Positions 38,075-52,600 of a stretch of DNA of 64,000 bases are shown piece by piece. The notes beneath the pieces were generated by a model. It did no database searches and was not told the origin of the DNA. It saw only the letters and a program-made list of their open reading frames with translations. The first letter of the stretch is position 1. Every line of letters starts with the position of its first letter. The translations under genes were made by a program, and so were the position numbers. This DNA comes from a virus. Location: the IMG/VR virus record IMGVR_UViG_3300021960_000043, positions 1 through 64,000 of that record; one strand, 5' to 3'.

Positions 38075-38371
38075 ACAGAAATATGATATTAGTGTAGACC
38101 CTGATAATCCTGACCTAATTATGGAGGTTTGGATAAGGGATATTAATTTCTTTGATGTTCAGAATGCTGCTCAAAGCATGTTCATCATTAAACCAAATGG
38201 TGAAACAGAACTTAACCTAGAAGGGTATTGGACATACGCTTTCACTAATTGGGTGGTTAAAACCAACCCATCTTTAACACCAACAGAAATGACACAACTA
38301 CAAGCACATGTAGCGAATCAAATAGTAGCCCACTTGCCTAAGCCTGATGAAATGGCGGAGATGATGCAAGG

Positions 38372-38378
38372 GGGTTTT
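38372..38378 (+). promoter_or_regulatory. Programmed -1 ribosomal frameshift heptamer GGGTTTT
   Basis: XXXYYYZ in the correct phase; the -1 frame is open (YEGEQLRIKGFLKHRR) into ORF 38411..38677. Confidence 0.8.
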
Positions 38379-38677
38379 ACGAAGGCGAGCAACTGAGGAT
38401 TAAGGGTTTTTTGAAGCATCGGAGAGTAAGAAACTCAGATGATTACAAAACCCAAAGTCAGTTGTTCGCCTACTTCGTATCGAAGCATTATAACATATCA
38501 ATATGGGAGACACTAAACATGCCGTTAGATATTTTTTATCAATCTTTAAATTGGGCTATTGTTATGGAAGAACGGGAACAACAAGAAAGAAGTAAAGAAC
38601 GTCTTGGAAACGAGACATCAAACGAAACCATTACACTTGACTACTCTTTCCTGAACTCGGAGGATGAGGAATGGTAG
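38378..38677 (+). CDS. Tail assembly chaperone frameshift extension (gpT-like)
   Basis: -1 frame continuation; helical AYFVSKHYNISIWETLNMP pattern typical of gpT. Confidence 0.7.
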   Translation, partial: YEGEQLRIKGFLKHRRVRNSDDYKTQSQLFAYFVSKHYNISIWETLNMPLDIFYQSLNWAIVMEEREQQERSKERLGNETSNETITLDYSFLNSEDEEW

Positions 38678-39570
38678 CACCACTTGTAGCATTAGGTCTA
38701 GCGTTGTCTAGAACTCAAACTGTCACAAAAGCCGCAATTGGTGGTGTTGCTATACTATCTACTGCTGTTTCAGGAATAGGCACAGCATTCAAAAAAGTCT
38801 TTGATATGGGAATTAAGTTTGCTAGTAAAGCGTTTACTTTCATGAAAGATTTTTGGACTGAACACATACGCCCTTTGTTTGAACCTATAATTGGTGTTTT
38901 TGAAACTATATTTTCTACAGTCGGAACTTTGTATGAGGGTTTTGTTAATCTATTGGTAGACCGTTGGGAGGCTTTCAAAAAAATAGTCTCAAGTCTTAAA
39001 GATACACTTGATAGTGCATTTGAGTTAATCACAAACCCATCTTTCGATGCATTAAAAACTCATTTTGGAAATGTACTAGTTTTCTTTGAAACTGTTTGGG
39101 ATGAAACATTTGGTAGGATGTTTGCGTTTATATCTGACATTAATGTGTTTGACGGGATTAAAACCGCATTCACCACTATGTCAAATGGTATATCTTCCAT
39201 ATATGATATGACTCTAGCACCTGTGTTTTCTATGATGCAAAGTGCTGTTGATACTGTGGTAAACGGTCTTACAACAGTTGCTAACAAAATAGCAGATGTT
39301 TTAGGTTCTGTTGCTGGCACTATATTAGATATAGGAGGTAAAGGTGTTGATTTTGTCGCTGGTATAATACCCGGCGGTGGTGGCGGCGGCGGTGGTAGTA
39401 CCGATACTGTTGCAGGTGGTGGTGGTGGACACACATTCAACATCACAGTCAACGCTGGTGGTATTACAGATAGAACGGATAAATTAGCATTGGCTAGAGA
39501 AATAGCATCATTATTACAAACAGAAGTTGCTAAAAATATTGGTGCTACAACAAGTGCGATGAAGTATTGA
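38671..39570 (+). CDS. Tape measure protein (short)
   Basis: Amphipathic repeats with periodic F/W residues; follows the G/GT chaperones; C-terminal FNITVNAG...LAREIA. Confidence 0.7.
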   Translation: MVAPLVALGLALSRTQTVTKAAIGGVAILSTAVSGIGTAFKKVFDMGIKFASKAFTFMKDFWTEHIRPLFEPIIGVFETIFSTVGTLYEGFVNLLVDRWEAFKKIVSSLKDTLDSAFELITNPSFDALKTHFGNVLVFFETVWDETFGRMFAFISDINVFDGIKTAFTTMSNGISSIYDMTLAPVFSMMQSAVDTVVNGLTTVANKIADVLGSVAGTILDIGGKGVDFVAGIIPGGGGGGGGSTDTVAGGGGGHTFNITVNAGGITDRTDKLALAREIASLLQTEVAKNIGATTSAMKY

Positions 39571-39579
39571 GGTATTAAG

Positions 39580-40695
39580 ATGGCTGCTAGTGGAACACCT
39601 ATTCGCCTTGTAAGAGAGGATGGCGAACTCATTGAGTTAAATGCCACTAAAATAGTTATGAGTACAGATAGAAGGTTTGGGCCAAAATCAGTACCCTTCT
39701 CAGGAAGCAATAGAGTTTCTCTAGATTTGAACTTGAATAAGGCTGTTATCTTAATTCAAGGTTTTTTCTCAGACGATGAGATAGCAGTTGGTGGAAAAAA
39801 AGCAGTTGCTACTATAGATTTTAATACATCAACTAGGGCTGGTTATTTTCCAAAAAATCCTTTTGCTACAGAAAGCAATATAAGAAAAGTTTTTGCCTCA
39901 GACCAAAATACTAAATTAACTCTCAAAGACTCTAATGGTACAGATAGAGTTTTGAATATGGTGTTGGGTGGTAGTAATGCATATAATAGTGGTACAAAAA
40001 CTGTTACAGTTACTGCTACAGCCACACCTGCTCAAATAGCAACACAGGTAAAATTAGGCTTAGATACTTCTTATTCTAGTTATTTTACAACTAGTATAGT
40101 TAATGGTACTACGGCGGTTGATGGAAATATTCTTAATTCCAAACTTATAATTACTCAAACTAGTGATGGTGCTGGTGGAAATAGTAGTTCTCCTTTTTTC
40201 ACTTTAGATAATAAGTTGATAGGTATGCGTATTCCAACTACAGAAGATTTTGCTGGTGGAAAAACTGCTAGTAGAAAGTCTGCTGGTGATAAAGCACAAG
40301 ATATGTACAGTATAATGAACAATAGTAGTAGAAAAACTTTGAGAGCAGCAGGTCGAAGATTAGGTACTATATTTAACTCAACTAAACATGGAAATCCGTC
40401 TAATTCACTCTTAGGTAGCACAGGAAGCGATTACATTGTTGGTATTCTCATACCTTTTAATTCTATATTAACTGATGGTGATTATACACCTAGAAACTTT
40501 TTCATGCCAACAGGGTTTTTTGACAAAGGTGAAAAAACTTCTAAAAATGCAAAAGCAGCAGGTACTCAGTTTAACGAAGTGGATAATTTCACAGGCATAA
40601 GCGGGGGTATGAAAAGTATGGAAATAATGTACGATGCTGGTGAAGCAATATATACTTTCGATATGCAATTCTTACCTTCGGATGTGATGTTATAA
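39580..40695 (+). CDS. Putative distal tail (Dit-like) protein with insertion
   Basis: Follows the TMP; C-terminal SMEIMYDAGEAIYTFDMQF. Confidence 0.5.
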   Translation: MAASGTPIRLVREDGELIELNATKIVMSTDRRFGPKSVPFSGSNRVSLDLNLNKAVILIQGFFSDDEIAVGGKKAVATIDFNTSTRAGYFPKNPFATESNIRKVFASDQNTKLTLKDSNGTDRVLNMVLGGSNAYNSGTKTVTVTATATPAQIATQVKLGLDTSYSSYFTTSIVNGTTAVDGNILNSKLIITQTSDGAGGNSSSPFFTLDNKLIGMRIPTTEDFAGGKTASRKSAGDKAQDMYSIMNNSSRKTLRAAGRRLGTIFNSTKHGNPSNSLLGSTGSDYIVGILIPFNSILTDGDYTPRNFFMPTGFFDKGEKTSKNAKAAGTQFNEVDNFTGISGGMKSMEIMYDAGEAIYTFDMQFLPSDVML

Positions 40696-43600
40696 CACTC
40701 ATTGGCACTAGTAATCACGCTTTCTTTTTCGATGGAATAAGCGATAGTATTGTTGTGCCACAAGGTTACTTTTCTTCTATAGGTAATAAGAACATAGATT
40801 CTGAACACGATATTAGAAGTCTTTTGAATGCAAAAGCAAAAGGTGGAATTGAGTCTGTTACATCAGGTCTTTACAGTAGACACATAGCAATTGAAAGTTG
40901 GTTGATGCCTGATTTTGGTGGTGTAGTTGTTGAGAAAAGAAATCAGTTTTCTCTCAAAGTTGGTGAAGTGCATGAAGCAGCACCTATCGTATTTACAGTT
41001 AGTTTGCTAAATAAAGGTAGAGTAGAAGAACATACTATAGAAACAGGTTATCATGATGGTAGTCGCTATGTTGGTGCTATATATCCTAAAACAGAAAGTA
41101 GTGGTATATTCAACACTCAACCATCTGATTTGAATAGAAATCACAGAGAGTTAATCCACGTTGTTGCAACATTTTATGGTAATAAAATAGAGATATATGT
41201 CAACGGTATTTTGATGGCACACAAAACGCTAAACAATCCTGATTACATTTTGAATGTTAGTGAAGAGAATATTTTCATTGGTGGTAAAGGCGGTGAGTTT
41301 AGAGGTGTAATCGAAAGTTTACATTTGGCTGCAAACTTTAGACCGCAGATGATTAATCCTTCAGTTCCGCTTAAAGGTGAAGATACTTTACTTCTTTACC
41401 GTTTTGAAGAGCCAATAACCGTTTTTGATGATGTTTTCAAACTAACGAGTAGTGCATCTTCAGGTGCTACAACAATAAACATCGGAACAACCGCTGCTGC
41501 TAAACTAGCCACGCTTCTCAAAGGTGTGAGTGTTACAAGCGGCACTATTGACTTCACTCAATCCCCGTTTAGTAGTGGAAATTACAAAGTTATACAAAGC
41601 ACTTCCTCAGGGATTACAAAACACGATGTCGCCCATGTACCTTACAATTTACTTCTAAGACCGGGTGGCTACGACTATACAACGAAGAAACCAAATGGTA
41701 GTCCACCTGAAAGAGTTAGACTAAAAAGCATCAATGTTGATACAGGTGTTTTAACTATAGCGAGTATACATTTAGACTTCAACACAGCCAATAATGGTGC
41801 TAGAGGACTTCTTCACGTTCACACCACAGATAGCAGATTGGTTGTTGTGGGTGCTGATTTACTGATAGATTCGGGTACAGGTAAACCGTATCAACCACCA
41901 CATTATTCTTCTAGAGCAATAGATAGAACAGGTCAAATGGTGATAGATGAAAGCACATACGAACAACATGGGTTTGTGTATTCTTCTAGAATGGCTCTTT
42001 CAACAACAGATACAGACAATCCATATGCAGCAACTTGGCCTACTACTATTTCTACAGACTTTAGCATAGGTCATTCAGGTAGACACATCAATAATCATGT
42101 TGAAGGTCATCATTATCTTAGAAAGTTTCCTAAGGCCAATGAAGAGATATTAGATTCTCAAAGTGACGGTAGTGCTGATTTAATAAGTGCAATTTACGAT
42201 GTGCCTTTAGATGGTATGAAAGAGCAACTGAGCATTAATAGCAAAGTAGACTTATACAAAGAAATAGGTGATTACACTGTTATTGATTTTGTAAACTCAT
42301 CTACTGTCAGTAGTATATACAGCAACTATGAACTTACTAGTAGCCCCGGCTCAGGAGTACAAGAAATAATTGCTATAGGTGGTAGCGGGTTTAATTACAC
42401 ACCTTTCCTTCTCAAATCTCCTGTTATATCTCCAACTGCGACACCAAATGAAAACACTAGGTCGCATCATCTAAGACCTAGTAAAGAAAGCAGAGTAGCG
42501 TTGTTACATGTTCCGGTATTAGCATCTACTTACAATTTAGCACCTTATGTGCAAATACATTACAATGCTATAGATTTGACAGGTGCTTCAATGAATAGTA
42601 GCAATAGTAGTGTACCTTTATTGATGGTTGAAAAAATGATACCTTCAGGCACTACTGTAATTGCTGAAGGTGTTTTTCTTTTTGAGACTATAAAAACAGC
42701 ATTGAACTCAGGTGATTTGACTCTATACGCACCGGGTGGTTGTATATTATTAGACAGCGGAGAAAACGCCAATGCAAGAGATTTACTAGAAGTTCATGCA
42801 CTATCATCAGACAGTAGTGAAGGATATGATGCCGACACACTTCTTGATGAATCCAACACACCACCTAATCTAACTCCTTATGTCGGTGATACTCTTGTTA
42901 ACACACCGCCTTCTATTATTACAGATTCAACAAGTAAAACAACACAACATGATTCTTCATTCCATAGAATGATGTTTGAAACTGTTAAATCTACAAAAAG
43001 TCTAGGAGATTATTCAGATTACAAAACTATGGATGTGGTTGCTACAAACAGTTCCGCAGAACCTGACACCATAGTTACATCATCCTCATCCCCTGTGTTT
43101 GAGTCTTTTGATATTATAGATAACGTAAGTATTGCTGACACACACGCAGACACAATGCTAATTGTGCAACCTTCACAACGCTCTAGGTTTTATCAATTAA
43201 AGAATGTAAAAAGCCAAAGAAACACCCTTGACAACCCAAATATAATTAGTTTGCATTATCTTCTAAGTAGAGGTAGGTTGAGAAGTGTAGATGAAACAAA
43301 AGAAGATGAAGGTGCATCTTATACAACAATACAAGCAATAGGATTACAAAACTCACTTTCGGGCAGAAATGTATCTTTCACAGGTTCAGGTAGTAACGAT
43401 TCACACATTGTCAAAGAAATAGAACCTAACGCGCCTGTTGTTAGTGTAACTTTAGGTGGTGTGGGGCAAGGTGCTGTTGATACTAAACCGACATTCTTAG
43501 AGAGTGAGTTCAGTCGAGAACCATATTCAACAAGAAGAGATTATGTTGTTACAGCAATAAAGTATGATGCAACCAACAAGAGAATATACGTTAACCCGAT

Positions 43601-46600
43601 AAACAACAATTCTGCAAATATGAAAAGTTGGGGTACGTTTGGATTCCCAAAAGCAGGTAAGATATATTTTGAAGATGGTTCTCATGCCAAGTATGATTTT
43701 AAAGCGTCAACTTATTTTGAGTTTTCAACTGCTACAGCAGGTAGTAGTGACTTTGTTAGCGGTGGTAGAGAGTACACTGAAATCTATCAATTGTTACAAA
43801 GTAGAAATCTACTTTCAGGTGTAACGTCATCAACAACAGGAGATTTGAGCATTACCGCTGTTATATCTAGTGAGCCTGATTTTGGTGTTGAATCTCAAAT
43901 AGAAGATGGAACAACTGTGAATGATAGAATGTTCCACAGTTTAAACGATGTATCACAAGATTACCAACTAGGTACTCAATATGCTTCTACTAGGGCTTTG
44001 GTGGAGATACCATTCTTCGCTAATCAATTCTTTGATAATGAGAGCGTAGGCACTTTAGTAGATGGTGATAACTCTTTCAAAATACATCTTGATGCTACTA
44101 ACACAGCACACACGTATAATCCAAGTCCTGTAGGTAGAAGGCCAAAAAGTGTAGAACAAACAGATAGAGAGGCACTATCGGCTTATGCACACGCTATAGA
44201 GAACAACACTTACATTTCTTCTGCTAAGGTTCTTTCATACGATGGTACAATAACCATCACTGTTGATGATGCTAATATATTCCCTGATGCTAACTCTTCT
44301 GATATTGGTACTGATTTTAGAAATATAGGTGGTAACGGACAAGTTCTAAGGAATAGAAGGGCTTTTACTAAAACAGGAGAGTGGGTAGTTTATACCGATG
44401 TTGATTACAGTGCTAACACCCTTACTGTTACAGACGGTGATTATTTCTCTTCTGTTAATTTCTTCAATGAGTTAGAAAACAATGAAGGCGATTTACGCCT
44501 TTATGTTGGACAAACATTACCAACAGAATTGATAGAACCAATAGGTTCTGATAAGAGTACACCTTCGGCAGACTTTGAGAGCCGTTCTGAATATTATCAC
44601 GACCAAGCAAGTATGATGACTCAGGGTGGAAATGTTGATTATGGTTTGAGGCAATATGTCAGCGCAATCGAAATCAAAGCAGGGCCGGAAAGTAACCCAC
44701 ACGCAGAAAAAGTTACAACAAAAAGGGCTAAAGGGGATATTCAATCAATTCGTTCTTTTGGTGCGTCAGACGTTAATACGGTTGTTGTCTCACTTTCTCC
44801 TGATGATTTACTTCTTTTTCCTAGTTTGGGAAATCGTTCAATAGATGATTTTACTCTTGGTACAGGAGAATTGTTTTACGAAGCCACAATAGATTACAAC
44901 GGTACTGATTACAAGTTTCATTACTACGGCCATCTTGAAGAAATAAACAACTATGATAACACAGGTGCTGCTGCTGTGTCATCTGATATAGCAAAAAATA
45001 GCATAGTGTTGGTATACTATACTTCGGGTACATATCCTACGGCTACTCCAACGGCAACAAGTGGTCTTGATTGGGTTGATTTTATCGGTAGTGAAGTTAA
45101 ATTAACAGGTAGGAAAAGAAGAGTATTCTTTGATGAATATGTGAATAATGCAACAGGAAGTGTGTTACAATTTGAAAATGAAAAGAATCCGTTGTATTCT
45201 GAATTAATAGCGAATACTAAGTTTAGTTCAGGGCTTGTGTGGGCTAGTACAAGTTCAAAAACAATAACCGTAACTAATACTACTACTTCAAAATCTTTGA
45301 ATGATTATTTTGACATGAACTTCAAAGAAGGAGATTTATTGTTTTTCAAATATTCAGGTAGTATTAGTAGCGTAAACAAAGATGAAATTGGTTATTTAGG
45401 TGTTGTGGATTATGTTACAGGTGGTACAAGTATAACTCTCAAAGCAAATGTACCTGCTTGGATGAGAGAAGAAACGACAGCACAAATAGGCGTTGCTGTA
45501 AATGATTTCAATGATTTTGATGCTGTTCTTAATTCTAGTTGGTTGCACCCTTATTGTAATGGTGGACTACGACAAGGAGATACTGTATGGGCTAATATGT
45601 CATATAGCAATCCTCATGCTATGGAAGGTTTGTTTTCAAAGAGTAGAGGTATACATAATGAAGGTCTTGTATGGAAAGGTTTCAATGGTGGTGAGGGTAG
45701 TTTAGATGCTACAAACCCAAGAGACAGTATACCGATGGAGAACTTCTTGATTGGTGATACATGTATAGAAACAGCAAGAAACCTAGCACAACACATCAAT
45801 AAGACTGTTGAAGAGAATTACAAATCTTTAGGGTTAAATGATGTAATAACAGCAGATTCATTTATCGTAGGGAAAAAATACAAAATAGTTTCTACAGGTG
45901 ATACAACATTTACATCTATAGGGGCTATAGATAATGAAGTGAATACTACATTCACAGCAACAGGTGTTGGTAGCGGGACAGGTACAGCAACACAACTTGA
46001 TGCACCAACAGTAGCATTCGTAGACCCGTATCTAGCAGGTGAGAATCATGCTAGAGTTCTGTTATACGATGCTGAACACGATAGAGAATACATCGCTTTC
46101 CAAGACATACACATGCAAGTGCAATCATCTGCTGAGACAACTAAGATTGGTTGGGATAGAAATGTGGTTGAAGGTACAAACACATCATCTACTGATTTAG
46201 TAAAAAGACTACCTGAGATAAACGGTGCTGCTGCACATGGTTATACAACACAAATAGACGTTGCTAACGGCTATCCATCACAAAACAAGTTCATTCGCTC
46301 AACTCAACAATCTAAGTTTATTGAGAGTGCATATGCACACGACTTAGCCAATAAGCAAACTGATGATTTAATTTACAGCACTTTGTATGATGACACAGTT
46401 AGACAAAATAACTTTTCAAGGTTATATGGTAAAGCACACGGACACCATGTACATGTCGGTTTGAGTATAACAGGTAATGCAGACGGGTATGCTTATTCAT
46501 TCAGTACACCACTTCGTAACAATGAATCTGTAGCATCATGGAAAATAGCAAACTCTTACCATGTGCTAAATAGAAAATTGACAAATGGTTTCATAGATGG

Positions 46601-49600
46601 TTTGTCTAAAAACATTTCAGATTCATTAAGAGATAGAGGCACATTCTTTGATACCCCTGATGGTACAAGAGTCATTCCAGCATTTTTGTGTTTGAAGGGC
46701 ATAAGAGCAGAATCTCTTGATTTAAGTGATGCTAGGATGAAACTCTTACCTCAATGGACACAGATGGACTTTGTAAGAAGATTAACAATATCTACAGGAG
46801 AGGTTGCTGAAAGTGAAAGTGTAGTTGATGTTGAAAGTGCTGTCAATGAAATTGTTAGAAAAATAAACCAATACGGTGCATTACAGGCTAGATTGTCTAA
46901 TGGTGCGTCTGCACACGACCCTTCTCCGTTTTGGGATTCAGATAAGGCATTTGCTAATCAAGATAGAGGTTCTCACATGGGCTATCTTAGAGCGCATATT
47001 GGTAGAAGCGTAGAGGATAGACAAGGAAATCAAGGACATACTATAGTAATACACAGTACAGTACCGGGCGCTACGGGTAGAAACTTTTGCGTTTGGTTAG
47101 ATAACAGTACGTCACAGACATCTTACAACCCTCAATTCTTAGTAGGACATGGAGGTAGATGGCGTAACTTTTGGGCTTTACCTGAAGAGAAGCAAGGTGA
47201 AAATATGCACCCTGCCCCTATGCCTCTTGACAAAAATGGTAGACCGTTTGCACCGATTACCACATTAAGACAATACATACAATCAGATGAAAGTGGTGAA
47301 GATGTATTATCAGTTGCTGATTTTGGTGCTTCCAAAAATACAGACCTTTTGGCTCTCAGCGATGTGTTAAGTGGAAAAAATCACAATTCTGTAAACCCTG
47401 ACTCTTTTGATTTAGAAGCATCTGCTACCATTGTTGAAGGGTTGAAAACAGGAACAGCAGCAATTGGTAGAGTAAACTTTGGTGGTCTTGTTGCAACAGG
47501 TGTACCGGGTTTTTCACCTAAAGCCGGACTTTACGGATTTGGGAAAAGAGGCGATACAACATTTGCTAATAGATATGGTGTGAGTGATATTGCGGATAAT
47601 GATTACACTTCACACATATCAACATCCTCATTAGATGAAGAAAATATAGGCTCACAAAACATATATGGTTTACAATTAAAAGACCATAAAAACAATACAT
47701 ACGGTGTTAGATATATCTATAGTAAATTAGGTAGAAGTTTTTCAAATGAAAATACTATTTTACCTGATACTTTCCGAGATGAAGTACAAGTGTATTTTGA
47801 TGATTCAAGTAATGAAGAAGGTGGGTTTACCATTGGAAAACATATGCGTGGCACAGGAGATGCAACAGGTAGGTTGTCTAGTTCTCTTACAGCATCTGAT
47901 TGGAGAGGGAATAGATGGAATGCTGTGCCTTCTCCAAATCTAGGTGTTAAACTAAGTTTTGTTGTTTCGGGAAATAATGTAACAGTAGACGATGGTAACG
48001 GTTCGGGTACAGGGTATATAACACCATACACAAGTTCAGATTTCACACATCCTGATAAATTAGGTTACTTAGGATTTCCAAAAGAAAACGGTGTCTTTCA
48101 AACAACTAAAGTGGCATCAGGTTCAACAGAAGGTGATGTTACTAGTTACGAATATAGAATTGGTGATACTTTTTACAATTGCACTAATGCACCAGCAACA
48201 GGTGATTATATTGTATCTCCGACTATGAATTGGACTACATTAGTTACAGATGAATTATTGGCTGCTGTCACAGCATTTGCAATTAACTCATCGTTTAATT
48301 CTAATAATGATGTTATAGATTATATTCCGTTTGATTGCACATCAATGTATGCTGCTGATGGTAGAACATTTGGTGAACACGGTGTTAGGCGTGATGCCAT
48401 TCGTATAAAATCATCAAAACAAATATCCAAGATGTTTTCAGCATCTACACACAAAGACTTCGGTATACAAGCAGCACATCTAGAGTTTGGTGAAGTAAGA
48501 AAAGCAGAAGTAGACACAGATGGTAATTGGACTTTTGGCACATCTAGAGCGCCTAGTAATACACAAGTGGACACAGGTAGAAGTGTTGATTGTGGTTATA
48601 TTCCAAGTACAATTCTAAGAGTTAAAACTAAGTTTTGTGGGCCTAATTCCAACACTGTTACACCGATTATAGTTGGTAGTGATAACAAACCAATAAACAC
48701 ATCTCGGTGGAAAAAGAATCTATCAGGTGAAGATTATGTTGATGTATCAGGTGATAAGATATTACCAAAAATAGACAATCCTATAGTTAGAACTGATGTT
48801 TCACAAAGTAGTCATTGGAATCACCAACACGTAATTTTAACTAATGACATGTATCATTTCCTCAAACCTGCTACCGATTACACATCAAGCGATAGTAGTG
48901 CTAGTCATATACAACCATTTGGTGAAAGAAAGAATATATACATAAACAAAGATACCTATGTTACAGCAGAGGCTTTTGTAGGGGATAATACCACACATAC
49001 ACTAAACAACACAATACGATGGACAGCAAATAGTGAAATCAATTGGCCTTCTTCTGTTGTAGACGCATTCTTACATTTACACCTATCTCAAGAGTTTGAT
49101 GGTATACGCTCACTTGGTAGTGTGCTATCTGAACCTATAGTACATTTCAAAGGTGGAAAATCAAGCCCCGACCATAGCGTACCGTTATTCTTCGGTGGTG
49201 GTTTTAGTGGGGTTGTGTTGGATGTTAACGATGGTTCAATGAATGACTATTCAGACTTCTATACACATCCTTACTCAAATGGGCCAACAGGAACTGCGGG
49301 TATACAGAATGCAAATGAAATATCTACAAGTTTTGCCATGTTAGATTGTAATGCTATCTTCTCTTTCTTCCCCGGTGCTGCGTTATGTAACCAACATCGA
49401 GGTAGTCCGTTACCACCTGTGTTCAACAAACAAAACGTGTTGTCAACAGATTTGGATAGAGGCGGTACTCTATGTGATACTAATGGTGTTGTAAAAGCCA
49501 AACCTGTACCGTTGGTCTTGAGATTCCCACACCCAACAGCCCGTTATGAGGATTACAAAAACGATGTAGATAACAAAACAACATACTTGGTGTTTGGGCC

Positions 49601-52600
49601 GGGTCAAGCATTCCCTTTCCATAATGAAAGAACTACATCTAATGGTGAGACTACTAACCCTACAGAACCACATCCGGGTAGAGTTGTAACAACAGGTAAT
49701 GGTTGGAACAAAGTACCATACTATGATGACCGATTTCACAATCAAATAAACAACAAAGATACAGGTAATTCTTGGAAAGCATATAGACCGAGATTGAAAT
49801 CAAATTATCTTGCAGAAGCGATGTATCATTGGCGTTGTGTTATCAATTGGGAATCACCTGCTGGTTACTCTCTAGGTAGAACCCATAGACAATACCCCTC
49901 ACATGGAAGAAACTACGGACAGATGATTGATGTAGACACCACTTATGATAACCGCACACAACCACTAGGCTACACACCTTTCATTGGTTACGGTATAGCA
50001 ACAGCCGCAGATACTGTGTTTCACATGGATGGTGGTTTCCATCCCGGCGGTCATTGGATGGATGAGATAATTACCTTCAACCCACCAAAACAAACAACAG
50101 AAAAAATCAGCGTTTCAGGATATAGTGAGATTAACCCAACAGCATTCAGAGTAGGTGCTGCTATGGTGACTGCTTACATAGATTGGACACAAACAACAAA
50201 CCTAGCAACAACCGATGTAGATACTGAATACATTGTTGTGGATGGAACAAGATGTCAGAACGGTGAAGAGTTAGCATCCGTTATCAGTTCGGCAATCAAT
50301 TCATTCCCCGGCAAAGGTGCGTTGAAATCTATAGGTGGCACACACCATCCTTCAATGGGTACGTCAAACAGACAAGACCGTTACGGTTGGGTTGATGTTG
50401 CTAATCCCAACTTTACAGATTCTACTTGTGATACTACTAGTGGAGATGCTACTGTAACTATGGATAGCACTGCTGAATTATTTGTTAGTATGTCTGTGTC
50501 CGGCACAGGTATTCCTAGTGGTGCGACAATATCTAGTATAACTAACTCTACCACTTTTGAATTAAGTGCAAACGCTACTGCTTCTAACACCAACACTACT
50601 TTAGTATTCGGTACAGTAAACTCATCAATTACAACAATGGGAGATATGTGGATTGAGAGTGCAGAAACAACAGACCAAGACATGTTGAATAATTTACCTG
50701 CATCGGGTTGGTTAAGAGCAAGTACCACAACAAGTCCAGCATACGCTTGTTATTACATGAAGCAAGTAATACCCGGTAGTGGTAGTAACTTCAAGGCTAG
50801 ATTCTACTTTGCCCCAAATCAATTTAGAGGCTCGGTAAGTTCAACAGCAGATAAGAAAACATTGAGAGGCTTCTTCCATGATAACGGTGCGGTAACACCT
50901 GCTACTGATGATAAATTATGGGTGTGGTCTAAGACAGGTGTTATTCGTTTCAACAATGAGAATGCAAGCACACGCGACCACATGACACAGGTTCATTTCT
51001 CAGGTATAGTAGATGCTATTGATAGAACCAAACCAATAGGTGCTGTTGGTTGGCATGGTGAAAGATATTCATATCTCAACAGTTTGAAAGTAGGTACAGA
51101 AGGTTATGCTGCTGGTTTAGGTGCATACCATCCATTCCTCAATTTTACACCATATGGTACTGCTTCAACTGTAATGAACGTGTATGGTTCTTTACCACTA
51201 ATAGCACCACTTACTGATTCTCCTGAAAGCGGTGCGATTATCAATGACGGTGAAACTACAGTCGCCACAAGAAAGTCTTACATTAGCACACCTTACACAA
51301 GTAACACGTTTACAACTGCTGCTGCTAGTTTAAGAAATTACGATTATACAGACCCAAAAAACACAACACAAAGGTCGGTAAAACCACCAAACTATGTGTT
51401 TAGTTACGCTAATACAGATACTAATAGTGTGATGGAAGATTCGTTACATCACCCACAAGGGGTATACTCATCTGCATTTTTAGTGGTGTCATATGAAAGC
51501 GAATTGTCAATGGTAGCAAAACACGATAGAGATGGTGTGGATGCTTTTGGTGATTGGTTGTACGCAAAACATGGCACTAGTGCAGACATATCAGATGGTG
51601 GCACTACCAAGTGGGATGAGAGATTTCACGGACAAGACCGTTTCATAGCACCTGCAAATGCAGGGCCAAACGTAGAGGCTTTGATAGTAGATGGAACACA
51701 AGTACCACAAGGTACAGTAGGTTCTAATTGGATTGATTCATTATTCCCACCTGCTAGTGGTGATTTCGTACATCTACATTCTGCTGTTTCTAATGACCTT
51801 TCGTTACACAATGCAGTACCCGGATTCAAAGCAACAGGAGATTTGTTGTATGACTTAGACCACTCTGTGGGGTCTTTCAATTTACAAGCAAGTGGTGTTG
51901 AAAGAAATGTATCAGAAGATTATCATTCTTCAACTTACACTTCATTGTTACATGGAGATGCAAATAAGTTTTGGATGTCTGATATAAACGGTTATCAAAC
52001 TTACAAAAATAGTCCTGTTAAAAACTTCACAGTAGAGAATGTTGTGTGGAAGAGAATGGATGGTGGCAACCTCTCATTACCCGCAATCAACGCTAGAGGT
52101 ATGGGTGCTGTACCTTTCGTTACAAGAGTCAAAAATAACACAGCATATCTAACAGGTGAAAAGATATATGGTAACGTGAGGTTTAGTTTTGAAACAACCA
52201 ATTCTGTTATGATGCCTACAATAGAAGCACAGGAACTAAAACAACCCGGTTTACCAAATTACAAAGTAAACAACGTGCTACAGATACCAAATGAAGAAAT
52301 ACAATTCCAAGAGATAACAGTAGTTGATGATAGTGGTAAGGAACACACCATAGAAGGCGGTAGTCCGTTTGGTACTGTGATTAGATGCTTTGATGTCAAG
52401 AGAGGTAAACCATCTCTTGCTAACAGCGGTGAAGCGCCCAACCTAGCAGTTAGACTACCTAATCCTGATAGCATACCCGGTAACATTGTTGTGCGTTCAG
52501 GATTTGACCCTATACAAGCCTATCAGAATGAGACACTCGGTGCAGGTGGTATGCAACATCCCGGCAAAGGCTCAACACGCTTAGGAGAGTTATTTGAGAG

